A DNA stretch of 64,000 bases from an uncultured bacterium (GCA_949300345.1 CASGDR010000001.1:131835-195834), one strand, 5' to 3'. Counted from the stretch's first letter, positions 16,803-27,820 are shown. Notes: a model not told the origin generated them from the letters alone. Numbers and translations: made by a program.

Positions 16803-19022
16803 CTACTTATGGAATTTCTTATCGCTACGATGGGGATTTCCGCCGCGGAAGGAACCGTTGCCTTTGCTCGAATTCCTCGGTCCGCGTTCGGGGCGCTCGA
16901 CATAGTCGGCCGGCTTTTCGATGCACTGGCGGTGGCTGACTTTGACCTTGCCGTCTTCGATGCCGATGACCACGACCTGCAGCTTATCCCCGACCGAGAC
17001 CACGTCATGGGCGTTTTCGATGTACTTCCAGTCAAGCTGGGAGACATGGCAGAGCCCGTCGGTATCACCGAAGAGGTTGACGAAGGCGCCGTAGTCTTCG
17101 ACGCGGTTGACGGTCCCTTCGAAGATTTCGCCGATCTTGGCTTCCCTGACGATGTCGTCGATGATGGATTTGCCCTTTTCGATCATTTCCTTATCGACAT
17201 GGTAAAGGGTGACCTTGCCATCGTCTTCGACGTCGATCTTCAAGCCGTTGCAACGGGCGATGATGTCATTGATGACCTTGCCGCCGGTACCGATGACATC
17301 GCGGATCTTGTCCGGATCGATGTAGAAGGTAACCATCTTGGGAGCGTACTTGCTGACCTCGCTCCTGGGGGCGGGGATGACGGCTTCCATGGCAGCGCGG
17401 ATTTCGCCCCTGGCCTTATGGGCCTGGGCGAGGGCCTCGCTTAGGACCTCGCGGGTAACCCCGTGGATCTTGATGTCCATCTGCAGTGCGGTGACGCCTT
17501 TGGCGGTACCGGCTACCTTGAAGTCCATGTCGCCGAAGTGGTCTTCTAGACCCTGGATGTCGGTGAGGATGGTATAGGGATGGTTGCCATCGAGGGGGCC
17601 GGAAGAGATCAGGCCCATGGCAATGCCGGATACGACGCCCTTGATGGGGACGCCGGCAGCCATCAAAGAGAGGCAGTTGGCGCAGATGGAAGCCTGGGAG
17701 GAAGAACCATTGGACTCCACGACGTCGGCGACGCAGCGGATGGTGTACGGGAATTCCTCAACCGAAGGAAGCACGCCCTTGAGGGCCTTCTCGCCGAGGG
17801 CGCCATGTCCGATTTCGCGGCGGCCAGGGCTACCCATGCGTCCGATTTCGCCGACGCTGAAAGGCGGGAAGTTATAGTGATGCATGAAGGTGCGGGTTTC
17901 TTCGGAGGTCAGATTGTCGATGATCTGGGCTTCGGAAATGGGACCTAGGGTCGTGGTGCCGATGACCTGGGTCTGGCCGCGGGTGAACATGGCCGAGCCA
18001 TGGACGCGGGGCAAGAGGTCAACCTGGACGTCAAGGGGACGGATTTCGTCGACCTTGCGGCCGTCGGGACGGATCTTTTCCTCGGTGATGAGGCGGCGGA
18101 CTTCGTTGGCCACCATCTCTTCGAGGATGTCGGCGACCATCATCATGGTCTTGGCATGGGCCTTTTCGTTCTCATAGGGCCTAGCGTCGTAATCTTCGAT
18201 GATTTCGTTCTTCAAGGCGTCGATGGCGTCCTGCCTTTCGAGCTTGTCGAAGATGGAAATGGCCTTGACCATCCTCTCGCCGATGCGGGAGTAGATGTCC
18301 TCCTTGATCTCCGGGGTCGGGGCATAGAGGTCGATGTGGCGCTTTTCCACGCCGATATCGGCGATGATCTTTTCTTGGAATTCGCAGAGCTTCTTGATGG
18401 CCTCATGTCCGAACATGATGGCGTCGAGCATTTCCTCTTCGGGAACCTCAAGGGCCGAGGATTCGACCATCATGATGGCATCCTTGGTGCCGGCCACGGC
18501 GAGGGAAATATCGGAATTCTTGGCTTCTTCTTCGGTCGGGTCGATGATCAACTGGCCATTCACGCGTCCCACATAGACGCCGGCGACGGGTCCCTCGAAG
18601 GGAATGTCGGAGAAGCATAGGGCAAGGCTGGAGCCGAGCATGCCAGTCATTTCGGGAGTGTTGTTGCGGTCGACCGACATCACGGTGTTGACGATCTGGA
18701 CTTCATTGCGGAAACCATCGGCGAACAAAGGACGGATCGGGCGGTCGATCAGACGGGCCGATAGCGTGGCGTGCTCGCCGGGGCGGCCTTCGCGGCGCAG
18801 GAACGATCCCGGGATCTTTCCGACCGAATAGGCCTTTTCCTCATAGTTGACGGTGAGGGGGAAGAAATCCCCTTCCTTGGGTTTGTCCGCACAGCAGGCG
18901 GTGGAGAGGACGACCGTGTCGCCGAAACGCACCAAAACGGCCCCGTCGGCCTGTTTGGCAATCTCTCCGTTCTCGACTACCAGTTTCCTTCCGGCAAAAT
19001 CGAGCTCGAATGTCTTTTTCAT
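16803..19022 (-). CDS. pnp: Polynucleotide phosphorylase (PNPase)
   Basis: 739 aa with two RNase PH domains, a KH domain and an S1 domain, collinear with PNPase. Confidence 0.9.
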   Translation of the reverse strand: MKKTFELDFAGRKLVVENGEIAKQADGAVLVRFGDTVVLSTACCADKPKEGDFFPLTVNYEEKAYSVGKIPGSFLRREGRPGEHATLSARLIDRPIRPLFADGFRNEVQIVNTVMSVDRNNTPEMTGMLGSSLALCFSDIPFEGPVAGVYVGRVNGQLIIDPTEEEAKNSDISLAVAGTKDAIMMVESSALEVPEEEMLDAIMFGHEAIKKLCEFQEKIIADIGVEKRHIDLYAPTPEIKEDIYSRIGERMVKAISIFDKLERQDAIDALKNEIIEDYDARPYENEKAHAKTMMMVADILEEMVANEVRRLITEEKIRPDGRKVDEIRPLDVQVDLLPRVHGSAMFTRGQTQVIGTTTLGPISEAQIIDNLTSEETRTFMHHYNFPPFSVGEIGRMGSPGRREIGHGALGEKALKGVLPSVEEFPYTIRCVADVVESNGSSSQASICANCLSLMAAGVPIKGVVSGIAMGLISSGPLDGNHPYTILTDIQGLEDHFGDMDFKVAGTAKGVTALQMDIKIHGVTREVLSEALAQAHKARGEIRAAMEAVIPAPRSEVSKYAPKMVTFYIDPDKIRDVIGTGGKVINDIIARCNGLKIDVEDDGKVTLYHVDKEMIEKGKSIIDDIVREAKIGEIFEGTVNRVEDYGAFVNLFGDTDGLCHVSQLDWKYIENAHDVVSVGDKLQVVVIGIEDGKVKVSHRQCIEKPADYVERPERGPRNSSKGNGSFRGGNPHRSDKKFHK

Positions 19023-19590
19023 TTGCTTTCTTTTTCCTTATTTATCACAAACGGCAATAATATAGCACACTGCTTGCCCTTCTAGAGAAGGGAAAAGAGC
19101 CTCGCTTGTCAATTTGTGGCAATCCTTAAACGAAAGCAGGCCAAGTGGATACCAATACTCCGCATATGCCTTTTCCTTAATCTATTCGCGCACCTTATGT
19201 AGGGCCTTGGGTCCGATGATCTTCTTGCTAAAGAGAAACTGGGCGTGGTTCCAATCATGACGCAGCGGCTTGGAAAGGCCAACATAACAAGCCACGTAAT
19301 CGATTGGATCCGTGGTTGGGAACTCCAAGTTCCTAGCGGTCTCACCGCGCATGCAAAGTTCGTCTCATCACTGACCCCGCACTGGCAATCCCATAGACCA
19401 TGCATTGTTGCCTAATCCAACAAGCAATGGGGTGCTGTCTCAAATTAACAATCGGCTGAAAAGTCCCGAAAATCCGAATGTTTTTGGTCTCATCTCCCCA
19501 AAACGTGCATAAGCGAAGACCCTTTTTATCCCTATTCACCTTTTCGTCACTTCCACTTAAGATATCTCTAGATACCTCAGGAGGTAAATT

Positions 19591-22482
19591 ATGAAAAGAG
19601 CCCGTCCTCTAACCCTTTTGCTGGCCAGCGGCGTTTTTGCCCTAGCCGGCTGCGGCCCCACCAGTGACAGCTCTTCGGAGTCTTCCTCGACTGATACCAC
19701 TGCATCGAGCTCATCTTCCGACACTACGCCGGACCCCTCACCCAACCTCATCAAAGACGAAACCTCAGGCGACCTGAACATCTATCTCTATACGGAAGAG
19801 TCGGCCGAGAACCGAAATTCGGTCTGGATGTGGGTAGATGGCGGGACCTCGCATGGCTATGTTGGCTCCGAAAGGGGCAAGGAAGCCGTAGAGGGCATCG
19901 ATAGCGACTTCAAATTCATCTCCGTCCACATCAAGTTCAATAAGGACTACGAAACCTATTCGGATTGGGATTTCTCCGCAAAATCCACCTTGAATCTCTC
20001 TGGCATCGACGATGCGGAAATCCCAGAAGGGATCATCTTCCGTTCCAGCGATGGCACTAACCAAACCAGCGACATCGCCTTGGACAAGACCCAGATGGTG
20101 GCGACCTCCGGGGTCTATAACGTCTACGTCCATGAAGAAAAGGGCGTCTTCTATTCCCCGGATGATTTCCCCACCGCCCCCATCCAAGAGGGCTTCTATA
20201 GGGAAGATGCGCTGGATGGAAATAGCCAAGCCGGACCCAAGGTCGTGGCCCAGGGCGTGGACCTTGATGAGATCTTTACTTCCTTTGGAAAAGATCGCGC
20301 CTACCTGCGCCCCTATACCTACTCCGAAAATGGGGAGAAGGTCTATGGCGAGGACATCGCTTTCGATGCCGCCTCTTCCTCGGTCACTGAAACCCAGGTG
20401 GTCCTAGGACTAGGCGAAAACCTCGACATCACCAAACTCTATGAATTCATGGTCTACTCCCCCAGCGATGCCTCCGTCATCTCCAATGGGGACCTGAATT
20501 TCTGCCGCTTCTATAGCGACGATACCTATGATGCCAAATACTCCTCCGATCTCGAGCTCGGGGTGAGCTTCTCCGAAGGGGTAGGCACCGCTAGGCTCTA
20601 TTCGCCTAGGGCCAGCGCCATTTCCATCAACATCTATGGCGAGGACCACACTAACCTCCCCGAAAGCCCCACCCAACACGAAATGAGCAAGGACGCCAAC
20701 GGGGTCTGGTCCTATAGCGGCGCCGACCTCAAGGACGGCACCTATTACACCTTCGACATCAACCTCTTCGGTAGGACCGATAGCGACGTGCCCGATCCCT
20801 ACGCCTATTCCAGCAACGCCAACGCCCAGTACTCCATGGCGGTCGACTTCGATAAGGTCGAAGAGCTCTACTCCGGCCCCCTTTCTCCCGAATACTTGGC
20901 TCCTGAGATCACCATCATGGAAATGCATGTCCGCGATTTTACGGCCCATTCTTCCTGGAACGGCACCCATAAGGGCAAGTTCCTCGGGCTCATCGAGGAA
21001 GGCACTTCCTATCAGAACCACGCTACCGGATTCGACTACGTCAAGGAACTCCATGAAAAGGGCCTGACCCACATCCAGATCCTCCCCTCCTATGACTTCA
21101 ACTCGGTCGATGAGACCAGGCTTGATGACCAGGAATACCAGGATGCCCCCTATGGCGGCATCTATAACTGGGGCTATGACCCGGCCCAATACAATGCTCC
21201 TGAAGGCTCCTACTCCACCGACCCCACCGACGGCACCAAGAGGGTGAGCGAATTCGCCCAGTTCGTCGCCGGCTATAGGGAAGCGGGCATCGGGGTGGTA
21301 CTCGATGTGGTCTATAACCATATGCCTAGCCAAGCCGGTACCGCCTTCGACCGCGTCTTCCCCGACTACTATTTCCGCTCCGTCAACTATTCGGGTGCCG
21401 GAAGCGACATTGCCTCCGAGCACGGCATGGTCCGCAAGTTCATCGTCGACTCGGTCGTCCATTATGCCGAGCACTATGGCATCAACGGCTTCCGCTTCGA
21501 CCTCATGGGCCTGCTTGATTTAGAAACCATGGAAGAAGTCAGGATTGCCCTAAATGAGATCGATCCCAACATCATCGTCTATGGCGAGGGCTGGAGCATG
21601 TTCAGCGGCGACCCGATGAGCGACATCAACGAAACCGACATGGCTTCCCAACGCTATCTGGCCAACATGGGCGAGAATTTCGTCGGGGCCTTCAACGATT
21701 CCTACCGCGATGGCGTGAAGGGCTCGGTCTTCGATGCGGCCGGAAAGGGCTATGTGCAAAAGGCCTTGGAAGGCGCTAGCGGATCGACCATTTCCAAGGG
21801 CGAGATCTACTTTGGCCTCTCAGGCACGACCCGGGTGGGAACCGTCGGCTATAGCTACTCCAATGACGAAAGGGCCCTCTTCTCCTCGATCGCCTATGTC
21901 GAGTGCCATGACAACATGACCCTCTACGACAAGATGATGGTGTCCCTGGATGATCCTAGCGCTGATATCGGCGTGGCCCTATCCATGTCCAATTCCTCGG
22001 TGCTGAGTTCCCTCTCCCCGGCCTTCTTCCAGCTCGGACAGAGCTTCGGCCGCAGCAAGTCCTTCACCGATGAAAAATACAAGGTCGAAGGCAAGTGGGT
22101 CGAAGACCCCAATAACGAAGGGGTCTATTACTCCACCGACTCCTATAACCTCTCCGATGCCGTAAACGCCATCGACTGGGGATTATTGGAAACCCACGCC
22201 GATTGGGAAAGCGACTTCCGCGAGCATCTCAATAACCGCCGCACCCGCGCCCTATTGCTCGATTCCGAATTCGGAAGGACCGACATGAAGGATAGCGAAG
22301 TGATGGTCTGGGACTATGGACTTGAAAGCGGTACCTCCCAACGCAACGTCGTTTCCTTCAAGATCAATTACAAGGGAAGCGAAATCCTCCACGTCCAAAA
22401 CTATGGTTCGACCCCCGTCACCATCGATGGCCACGTCATCGAGGCGGAGGGCATCTACTATAGCCAAAGCAGCGGGAACTAA
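19591..22482 (+). CDS. Secreted lipoprotein pullulanase/amylopullulanase-like GH13 enzyme
   Basis: 963 aa. Signal peptide with lipobox LAGC, a Ser/Thr-rich linker, then GH13 motifs YNWGYDPAQY, GFRFDLMG and YVECHDN. A strong RBS, aggaggtaaatt, precedes the ATG. Confidence 0.85.
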   Translation: MKRARPLTLLLASGVFALAGCGPTSDSSSESSSTDTTASSSSSDTTPDPSPNLIKDETSGDLNIYLYTEESAENRNSVWMWVDGGTSHGYVGSERGKEAVEGIDSDFKFISVHIKFNKDYETYSDWDFSAKSTLNLSGIDDAEIPEGIIFRSSDGTNQTSDIALDKTQMVATSGVYNVYVHEEKGVFYSPDDFPTAPIQEGFYREDALDGNSQAGPKVVAQGVDLDEIFTSFGKDRAYLRPYTYSENGEKVYGEDIAFDAASSSVTETQVVLGLGENLDITKLYEFMVYSPSDASVISNGDLNFCRFYSDDTYDAKYSSDLELGVSFSEGVGTARLYSPRASAISINIYGEDHTNLPESPTQHEMSKDANGVWSYSGADLKDGTYYTFDINLFGRTDSDVPDPYAYSSNANAQYSMAVDFDKVEELYSGPLSPEYLAPEITIMEMHVRDFTAHSSWNGTHKGKFLGLIEEGTSYQNHATGFDYVKELHEKGLTHIQILPSYDFNSVDETRLDDQEYQDAPYGGIYNWGYDPAQYNAPEGSYSTDPTDGTKRVSEFAQFVAGYREAGIGVVLDVVYNHMPSQAGTAFDRVFPDYYFRSVNYSGAGSDIASEHGMVRKFIVDSVVHYAEHYGINGFRFDLMGLLDLETMEEVRIALNEIDPNIIVYGEGWSMFSGDPMSDINETDMASQRYLANMGENFVGAFNDSYRDGVKGSVFDAAGKGYVQKALEGASGSTISKGEIYFGLSGTTRVGTVGYSYSNDERALFSSIAYVECHDNMTLYDKMMVSLDDPSADIGVALSMSNSSVLSSLSPAFFQLGQSFGRSKSFTDEKYKVEGKWVEDPNNEGVYYSTDSYNLSDAVNAIDWGLLETHADWESDFREHLNNRRTRALLLDSEFGRTDMKDSEVMVWDYGLESGTSQRNVVSFKINYKGSEILHVQNYGSTPVTIDGHVIEAEGIYYSQSSGN

Positions 22483-22495
22483 ATACCCCTAAATA

Positions 22496-22528
22496 GACCG
22501 CCGGAGCGCTCCTTCCGGCGGTCTTTTT
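22496..22528 (+). terminator. Rho-independent terminator after pullulanase gene
   Basis: GACCGCCGGAGCGCTCCTTCCGGCGGTC followed by TTTTT. Confidence 0.65.
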
Positions 22529-22593
22529 CTACGCAAAAGGGCCATGGATAAGAAAAAACCGCCCCATTTCTGAGGCGGTATTCGATCGACTGT

Positions 22594-22872
22594 TTACTTG
22601 ACCTTGCTACGGATTCCGAGGGACTCGATCACCTTGCTATACTCCTCGCGGTCGGTGCGGGCGAGGTAGGATAGCAGGCTCTGCCTCTGGCCGACTAGGG
22701 TCAGTAGGCTGCGCCTGGCGTTGGCGTCCTGGCCGTTCTTCTTCAGGTGCTCGGTCAGATCCTTGATCCTCGCGGTGAGGATGGCGATCTGGACGGAAGC
22801 CGAACCGGTATCCTTGCCGGTCTTTCCGTACTTCTTGACCAAGGAAGCGGTCTTCTCTTTGGAAAGTGCCAT
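22594..22872 (-). CDS. rpsO: 30S ribosomal protein S15
   Basis: MALSKEKTASLVKKYG is conserved S15. Start placed at the internal ATG (22872) of ORF 22594..22938. Confidence 0.85.
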   Translation of the reverse strand: MALSKEKTASLVKKYGKTGKDTGSASVQIAILTARIKDLTEHLKKNGQDANARRSLLTLVGQRQSLLSYLARTDREEYSKVIESLGIRSKVK

Positions 22873-23070
22873 TGTCTTTTCTCCTTTCTTTTTGACTTGG
22901 CCTATCAATGGATCGTCCAGGAGAGGGGCAGATCCCATGGTAGGTCGCAGGACGAATTGTATAGCCTATTGGCCCCTAGAGGAAGCAAAATCGCAACTAA
23001 GTTATCTTTGTAAGCCCTTTTCCGAGGCATTTGGTTGAACCATTAGGTTCATAAGGGATAAACTTGCCCC

Positions 23071-24903
23071 GTGAAAATCCGCAACATCGCCATCATTGCC
23101 CACGTCGACCACGGAAAGACCACCCTGGTCGATGCCCTGCTTGCCTCAAGCAATACCTTCAGGGAAAATGAGGAGGTCACCGAAAGGGTCCTCGACTCCA
23201 ATCCCCTCGAGCATGAAAGGGGCATAACCATTTTGGCCAAGACCACGGCCCTTCTTTGGAACGGCACGAAAATCAACATCGTCGACACTCCCGGGCACGC
23301 CGATTTCGGCGGGGAAGTCGAACGCATCATGCACATGGTCGACGGCTGCCTGCTTCTGGTCGACGCTTTCGAAGGCGCGATGCCCCAGACCCGCTTCGTC
23401 TTGAAGAATGCCCTCGAGAACCACATCAAGCCCATCGTGGTCATCAACAAGGTCGATCGGCCAAACGCCAACCCATCCAAGGCGTTCGACGATGTCTTGA
23501 ACCTTCTCATCGAACTCGGCGCCCCCGACGAATTCCTCGAATTCCCGGTCGTATATTGCTCGGCCCTAAACGGCACGTCCTCTTTAAGCGAAGATCCGAC
23601 TACCCAGAAACCAGGCATGGGTCCTTTGTTGGATATGATCGTAAAGGAGATCCCGGAGCCCATCTGCGATCCAAATGGCTGCTTCCAGTGGCAGCCCGCC
23701 ATCCTTGACTACAACGACTTCGTCGGACGCATCGGGATCGGCACCATCAGGAAGGGCTCAGTCAAGATCGGCGACCAGCTCATCGATCTATCCCCCGATG
23801 GCAGCAAACACAAGTTCAAGGCCATGAAGCTTTATACCTTCCTAGGCATGAAGCGGATCGAAGTAAACGAAGTCACCTCCGGGGACGTCTGCGCCATGGC
23901 TGGGCTCGAAGAACTCGGGGTCGGCGATACCGTCTGCCTCGATGGACACGAAGACCCCCTGCCCCCGCTTAGGGTCGATGAACCGACGTTGCAGATGGAA
24001 TTTGGCACCAACTCCTCGCCCCTTAGGGGCAAGGACGGCAAGTTTCTGACCGCCCGCGTCATCGAAGAGAGGCTATATGAGGAAGTCCAAAAGGACGTTT
24101 CCCTGCGCTTTATCCGGGTTCCCAATTCCGAAACCTGGACCGTCTCGGGACGCGGCGAACTCCACCTTGGCATCCTCATTGAGACCATGAGGCGCGAAGG
24201 CTATGAGATCGAAGTCAGCAAGCCCCGCGTCATCATCAAGGAAATCGACGGGGAAAAATGCGAACCCTACGAGGATGTCCAGATCGATATACCCAGCGCC
24301 TATGTCGGCGCCATCATGGAAGCCTTGGGCGGAAGGGGCGCCGAACTCATCGACATGGATGATAACGGAGTCAGTGCCCGCCTAAACTATGTAATTCCTT
24401 CTAGGGGATTGCTAGGTTTCTCCGGCAATTTCATGACCCTTACCCGCGGCTATGGCATCATCAACCATTCCTTTAATGAGTACCGTCCCGTCTTCTCCCA
24501 TAATCTAGGCGAGAGGAACATTGGGGTCTTGGTATCCACCGATAACGGGGCAGCCACGCCCTACGCCATCGAGAAGGTCGAAGAGCACGGCACCATGTTC
24601 ATCTCCCCGGGCGAGGAATGCTACGAAGGCATGGTCATCGGCGAGCACCGCTATCCCAACGATCTGGCGGTCAACTGCACCATGCTCAAGCCCCAAACCA
24701 ACATCAGAAGCGCCCATGCCGACATGACCGTGGTCTTAAAGGCCCCGCGCAAGATGACCCTTGAAGCCTGCCTTGATTACATCAATCCCGACGAACTGGT
24801 GGAGGTGACCCCCGGGGCCATCCGCATCAGGAAAAGGATCCTCAACACGGCCGAACGCAAGAAGTTCGACTCCAAGAAGAAAAAGGAAACCGAGGGAGCC
24901 TAA
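23071..24903 (+). CDS. typA: Translational GTPase TypA/BipA
   Basis: 610 aa with G-domain AHVDHGKTTL and DTPGHADF. Length and architecture match TypA. Confidence 0.9.
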   Translation: MKIRNIAIIAHVDHGKTTLVDALLASSNTFRENEEVTERVLDSNPLEHERGITILAKTTALLWNGTKINIVDTPGHADFGGEVERIMHMVDGCLLLVDAFEGAMPQTRFVLKNALENHIKPIVVINKVDRPNANPSKAFDDVLNLLIELGAPDEFLEFPVVYCSALNGTSSLSEDPTTQKPGMGPLLDMIVKEIPEPICDPNGCFQWQPAILDYNDFVGRIGIGTIRKGSVKIGDQLIDLSPDGSKHKFKAMKLYTFLGMKRIEVNEVTSGDVCAMAGLEELGVGDTVCLDGHEDPLPPLRVDEPTLQMEFGTNSSPLRGKDGKFLTARVIEERLYEEVQKDVSLRFIRVPNSETWTVSGRGELHLGILIETMRREGYEIEVSKPRVIIKEIDGEKCEPYEDVQIDIPSAYVGAIMEALGGRGAELIDMDDNGVSARLNYVIPSRGLLGFSGNFMTLTRGYGIINHSFNEYRPVFSHNLGERNIGVLVSTDNGAATPYAIEKVEEHGTMFISPGEECYEGMVIGEHRYPNDLAVNCTMLKPQTNIRSAHADMTVVLKAPRKMTLEACLDYINPDELVEVTPGAIRIRKRILNTAERKKFDSKKKKETEGA

Positions 24904-24918
24904 GAGCTCCCCTTTCTT

Positions 24919-25824
24919 TTAGTCGGTCGTATAGAGTTCGAGGGTCTTGGCCAAATCCTTTTCGAGTTGTGCTTTCAGTTCTTCTAGGGAAGCGAACTTG
25001 GTCTCATCCCTCAGGCGGTATCCGAAATATAGATAGAGGGTGTCCCCGTATATCTCTTCATCGAAATCCGCCAGATGGGCTTCGATGCGGGGTTCCTTCA
25101 ATTTGCCGACCGTAGGGTTGATGCCGACGTTGATGATGGAAAAATAGGGTTTTCCATGGTGGTAGGCGATTCCGGCATAGACCCCGGCCTTAGGGAGCAC
25201 GAAATCGGCATCCGGCTTGAGGTTGGCGGTCGGAAAGCCGATGGTCCTTCCTAGGTGGAATCCTTCGATCACATGGCCCACCATCTGATAGGGATGGCCC
25301 AAGAGCCAGTTGGCCATTTCCATATCCCCATCCTTGATGAACGACTTGATGCGGCTAGAAGAAATCTTGCTGCCGCCCCCTTCCATCAGGGGTACCTGCA
25401 AAACCTCGGAGAGCTTCTTCAGATCCAAGGCCTCACCCTTGGCCCCTTTTCCGAAACGGAAGTTCTCTCCTACGAAAAGGACCTTGGGTTTTAAAGGTGA
25501 AAGGAAGCGCTTGATGAATTCTTCCTTACTAAGGTCAAAGAGTTCCTTGCGGCTAGGAAGGATGATGGCGACGTCGGCTTGGGCGAAATTCAGATAGGAG
25601 AGCTTTTGGCTGAGGGTACTTAGTATCTCCTTCTCCTTCCCAGGCAGGGTTTCCCCATCATCGAAAAGCAGGGCCCCATAGTACCCTGGCGAGTAATACC
25701 GGGCTTTGGATAGCAATAGCTGGTGCCCCCTATGCATGCCGTCGAAATAGCCGAGGGCCAATCCCAAGGGCGAAGGGACTTCATCCGATAATTTCCCGTT
25801 GATGTCAAAGTAAACTGTTTTCAC
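24919..25824 (-). CDS. ribF: Bifunctional riboflavin kinase / FMN adenylyltransferase
   Basis: 301 aa with GYFDGMHRGHQ and a C-terminal riboflavin kinase domain. Confidence 0.85.
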   Translation of the reverse strand: MKTVYFDINGKLSDEVPSPLGLALGYFDGMHRGHQLLLSKARYYSPGYYGALLFDDGETLPGKEKEILSTLSQKLSYLNFAQADVAIILPSRKELFDLSKEEFIKRFLSPLKPKVLFVGENFRFGKGAKGEALDLKKLSEVLQVPLMEGGGSKISSSRIKSFIKDGDMEMANWLLGHPYQMVGHVIEGFHLGRTIGFPTANLKPDADFVLPKAGVYAGIAYHHGKPYFSIINVGINPTVGKLKEPRIEAHLADFDEEIYGDTLYLYFGYRLRDETKFASLEELKAQLEKDLAKTLELYTTD

Positions 25825-26702
25825 TAGAATAGGCCCCTTTCGCAGACGTAATCATCCCCTTCCCGGCGATATACGGCAAGGGGACGCTCGGCCTTGACCA
25901 TGATTACTTTCTCTCCGTAATCCGGCAGGGCGAGTTTTCTCCCATTGAGCACATAGGTTTCCGTCTCGGGGCTTACTTCAATATGCTTCATCCCCCGGAC
26001 AATAAGCAAGGGGTCCACCAGGTCAGAGGGCGTAATCTCATCGATCTTCTTCGCATTACTGACCAGAATATGGCCGATGGATAGCCGCCTTAGCTTACTT
26101 AGATGGCCAAGGGTTCCTAGCCTAGAAGCAATGTCTTCCCCAAGGACCCGGATGTAGGTGCCTTTGCTAACGGTGCAGGAGAAGAGGACCTCTTGGCTAT
26201 TCCTATCATAGGAAACAAGATTGATGGATTGGACGATGATCTCACGGGGCTTAAGCTGCAGCTCCACCCCCTTGCGGGCGGCCTTATAAGCCACCTGCCC
26301 ATTGACCTTAATAGCGGAATAAGAAGGCGGAATCTGCGAGGATTTTCCTAAAAACGAGCCAAGAACTGCGGAGATTTGCCCCTCATCAAGCTCAGGGACT
26401 TCCTTCTTTTTGATGATGGTTCCGGTCAAATCCCCCGTGTCGGTCTTCGCCCCCAATTTAAGGCAAGCGATGTAGCTCTTGGTGGAGTCATCGATATAGG
26501 GCAATAGCTTCGTAGCCTTGCCCACGGCGATGACTAATAGTCCCGAGGCAAAGGGATCAAGGGTCCCCAGGTGACCGATCTTGCGGGTAGAGAAAAGGCG
26601 GCCAAGCCGGTTATCGGCCTTCCTTGAAGGGATGCCCTCTTGCTTATCTAGCAAAACCAATCCGCTAAGCATGCGGTTTATTTTATAATCTAGAGGTGCC
26701 AA
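25824..26702 (-). CDS. truB: tRNA pseudouridine(55) synthase
   Basis: 292 aa with a GHLGTLDPFASGLL catalytic Asp motif. Confidence 0.85.
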   Translation of the reverse strand: MAPLDYKINRMLSGLVLLDKQEGIPSRKADNRLGRLFSTRKIGHLGTLDPFASGLLVIAVGKATKLLPYIDDSTKSYIACLKLGAKTDTGDLTGTIIKKKEVPELDEGQISAVLGSFLGKSSQIPPSYSAIKVNGQVAYKAARKGVELQLKPREIIVQSINLVSYDRNSQEVLFSCTVSKGTYIRVLGEDIASRLGTLGHLSKLRRLSIGHILVSNAKKIDEITPSDLVDPLLIVRGMKHIEVSPETETYVLNGRKLALPDYGEKVIMVKAERPLAVYRREGDDYVCERGLF

Positions 26703-27820
26703 GCGCTAAGCATTTAAGATCCGTGCTCTCCGCTCTAAGGAGAGCCGATACCGATTATTCCTTGATTGACGAGGGCGACCGCATTGCCGTCGGGCTATCC
26801 GGAGGCAAGGACTCCCTCTCTTTGCTATATGCCCTTTCCTACTACGGCTATTTTGCCAGGAAGAACTTCAAGGTTTTCCCGGTCTATATCGATCTTGGCT
26901 TTGGAAACTCCGACCTGCAGGGCCTCAAGGAATTCGCCGGGAAGCTTGGCTATCAGCTGCAAATCGATGATTCGCGCTTCGTCTATGACGTCCTCAAATC
27001 CCATCAGAAGGAAGGCAAGCACCTACCTTGCTCCATCTGCTCGAGGATGAAGAAGGCCGCCATAAACTCCGCGGCCCACCGGCTCAAATGCAACAAGGTG
27101 GCCTTTGCCCACCATCTCGATGACTGCGTCGAAACCCTGTTCATGAACATGGTGCATGGGGGCAAGGTCGCGACCTTCTCTCCCAAGATGTATCTTTCAG
27201 GCAATGACATCACCTTCATCCGTCCCTTGTTCTACGCTAGGGAAAAGCAGCTCATCGATCTAGCCAACGAACTGCACTTCCCCATCCTCAAATCCCCCTG
27301 TCCGGCCAATGGCAAGACCGAAAGGGAAAAGTCCAAGCTCTTCCTCTTTAGGCTCTATGATGAATTTCCCGATGCCAAAAACAATTTCGCGGGACTATTG
27401 AATAACTACAAAGGGGTGGATATGCCCTTCCTATCGCTAGAGAAGGAAAAAGAAACCTATGATGGCTATACCCTCTCCCCATTGCTCACCCCTGAGCAGA
27501 TGAGGCACTCTGGCTTTGCCCACACCAAGGCCAAGAAGAACGAGGAAATCTTCCTCGTGAACCACATCCACAAAAAAGAAGCCGAATTTGCCATATCTAG
27601 GCCCAACCCCCATCGGGTCTACATCTATGGCCTAAACGGGGATGAGCTGGCCCTACTTTCCGGAATTGACAACCTGATGAAGCGCCTAGCCAAGGAAACC
27701 AACCCCATCTTCTTCATCTTGGAAAGAGGACATAAGGGTTTGGCCAAGGCCTTGGGCTTTGATTATGCAAATGAACCAGGGACCGGAAAAAAGGCCTGGG
27801 TCAAAAGAATCGCCTTCTAA
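26696..27820 (+). CDS. TtcA-like PP-loop tRNA 2-thiocytidine/thiolation ATPase with C-terminal extension
   Basis: 374 aa with an SGGKDS PP-loop and CxxC motifs. Confidence 0.6.
   Translation: MPSAKHLRSVLSALRRADTDYSLIDEGDRIAVGLSGGKDSLSLLYALSYYGYFARKNFKVFPVYIDLGFGNSDLQGLKEFAGKLGYQLQIDDSRFVYDVLKSHQKEGKHLPCSICSRMKKAAINSAAHRLKCNKVAFAHHLDDCVETLFMNMVHGGKVATFSPKMYLSGNDITFIRPLFYAREKQLIDLANELHFPILKSPCPANGKTEREKSKLFLFRLYDEFPDAKNNFAGLLNNYKGVDMPFLSLEKEKETYDGYTLSPLLTPEQMRHSGFAHTKAKKNEEIFLVNHIHKKEAEFAISRPNPHRVYIYGLNGDELALLSGIDNLMKRLAKETNPIFFILERGHKGLAKALGFDYANEPGTGKKAWVKRIAF

Noticed and set aside
19460-19590. Possible catabolite-responsive element (cre) upstream of secreted pullulanase (TGCATAAGCGAAGAC)
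   Set aside because: Poor match to the WTGNAANCGNWNNCW consensus and not palindromic.
20410-21474. 354 aa minus-strand ORF inside secreted pullulanase gene
   Set aside because: It is antisense to a gene with unambiguous GH13 motifs, and its G/V/D-rich translation is typical of a GC-rich antisense frame.
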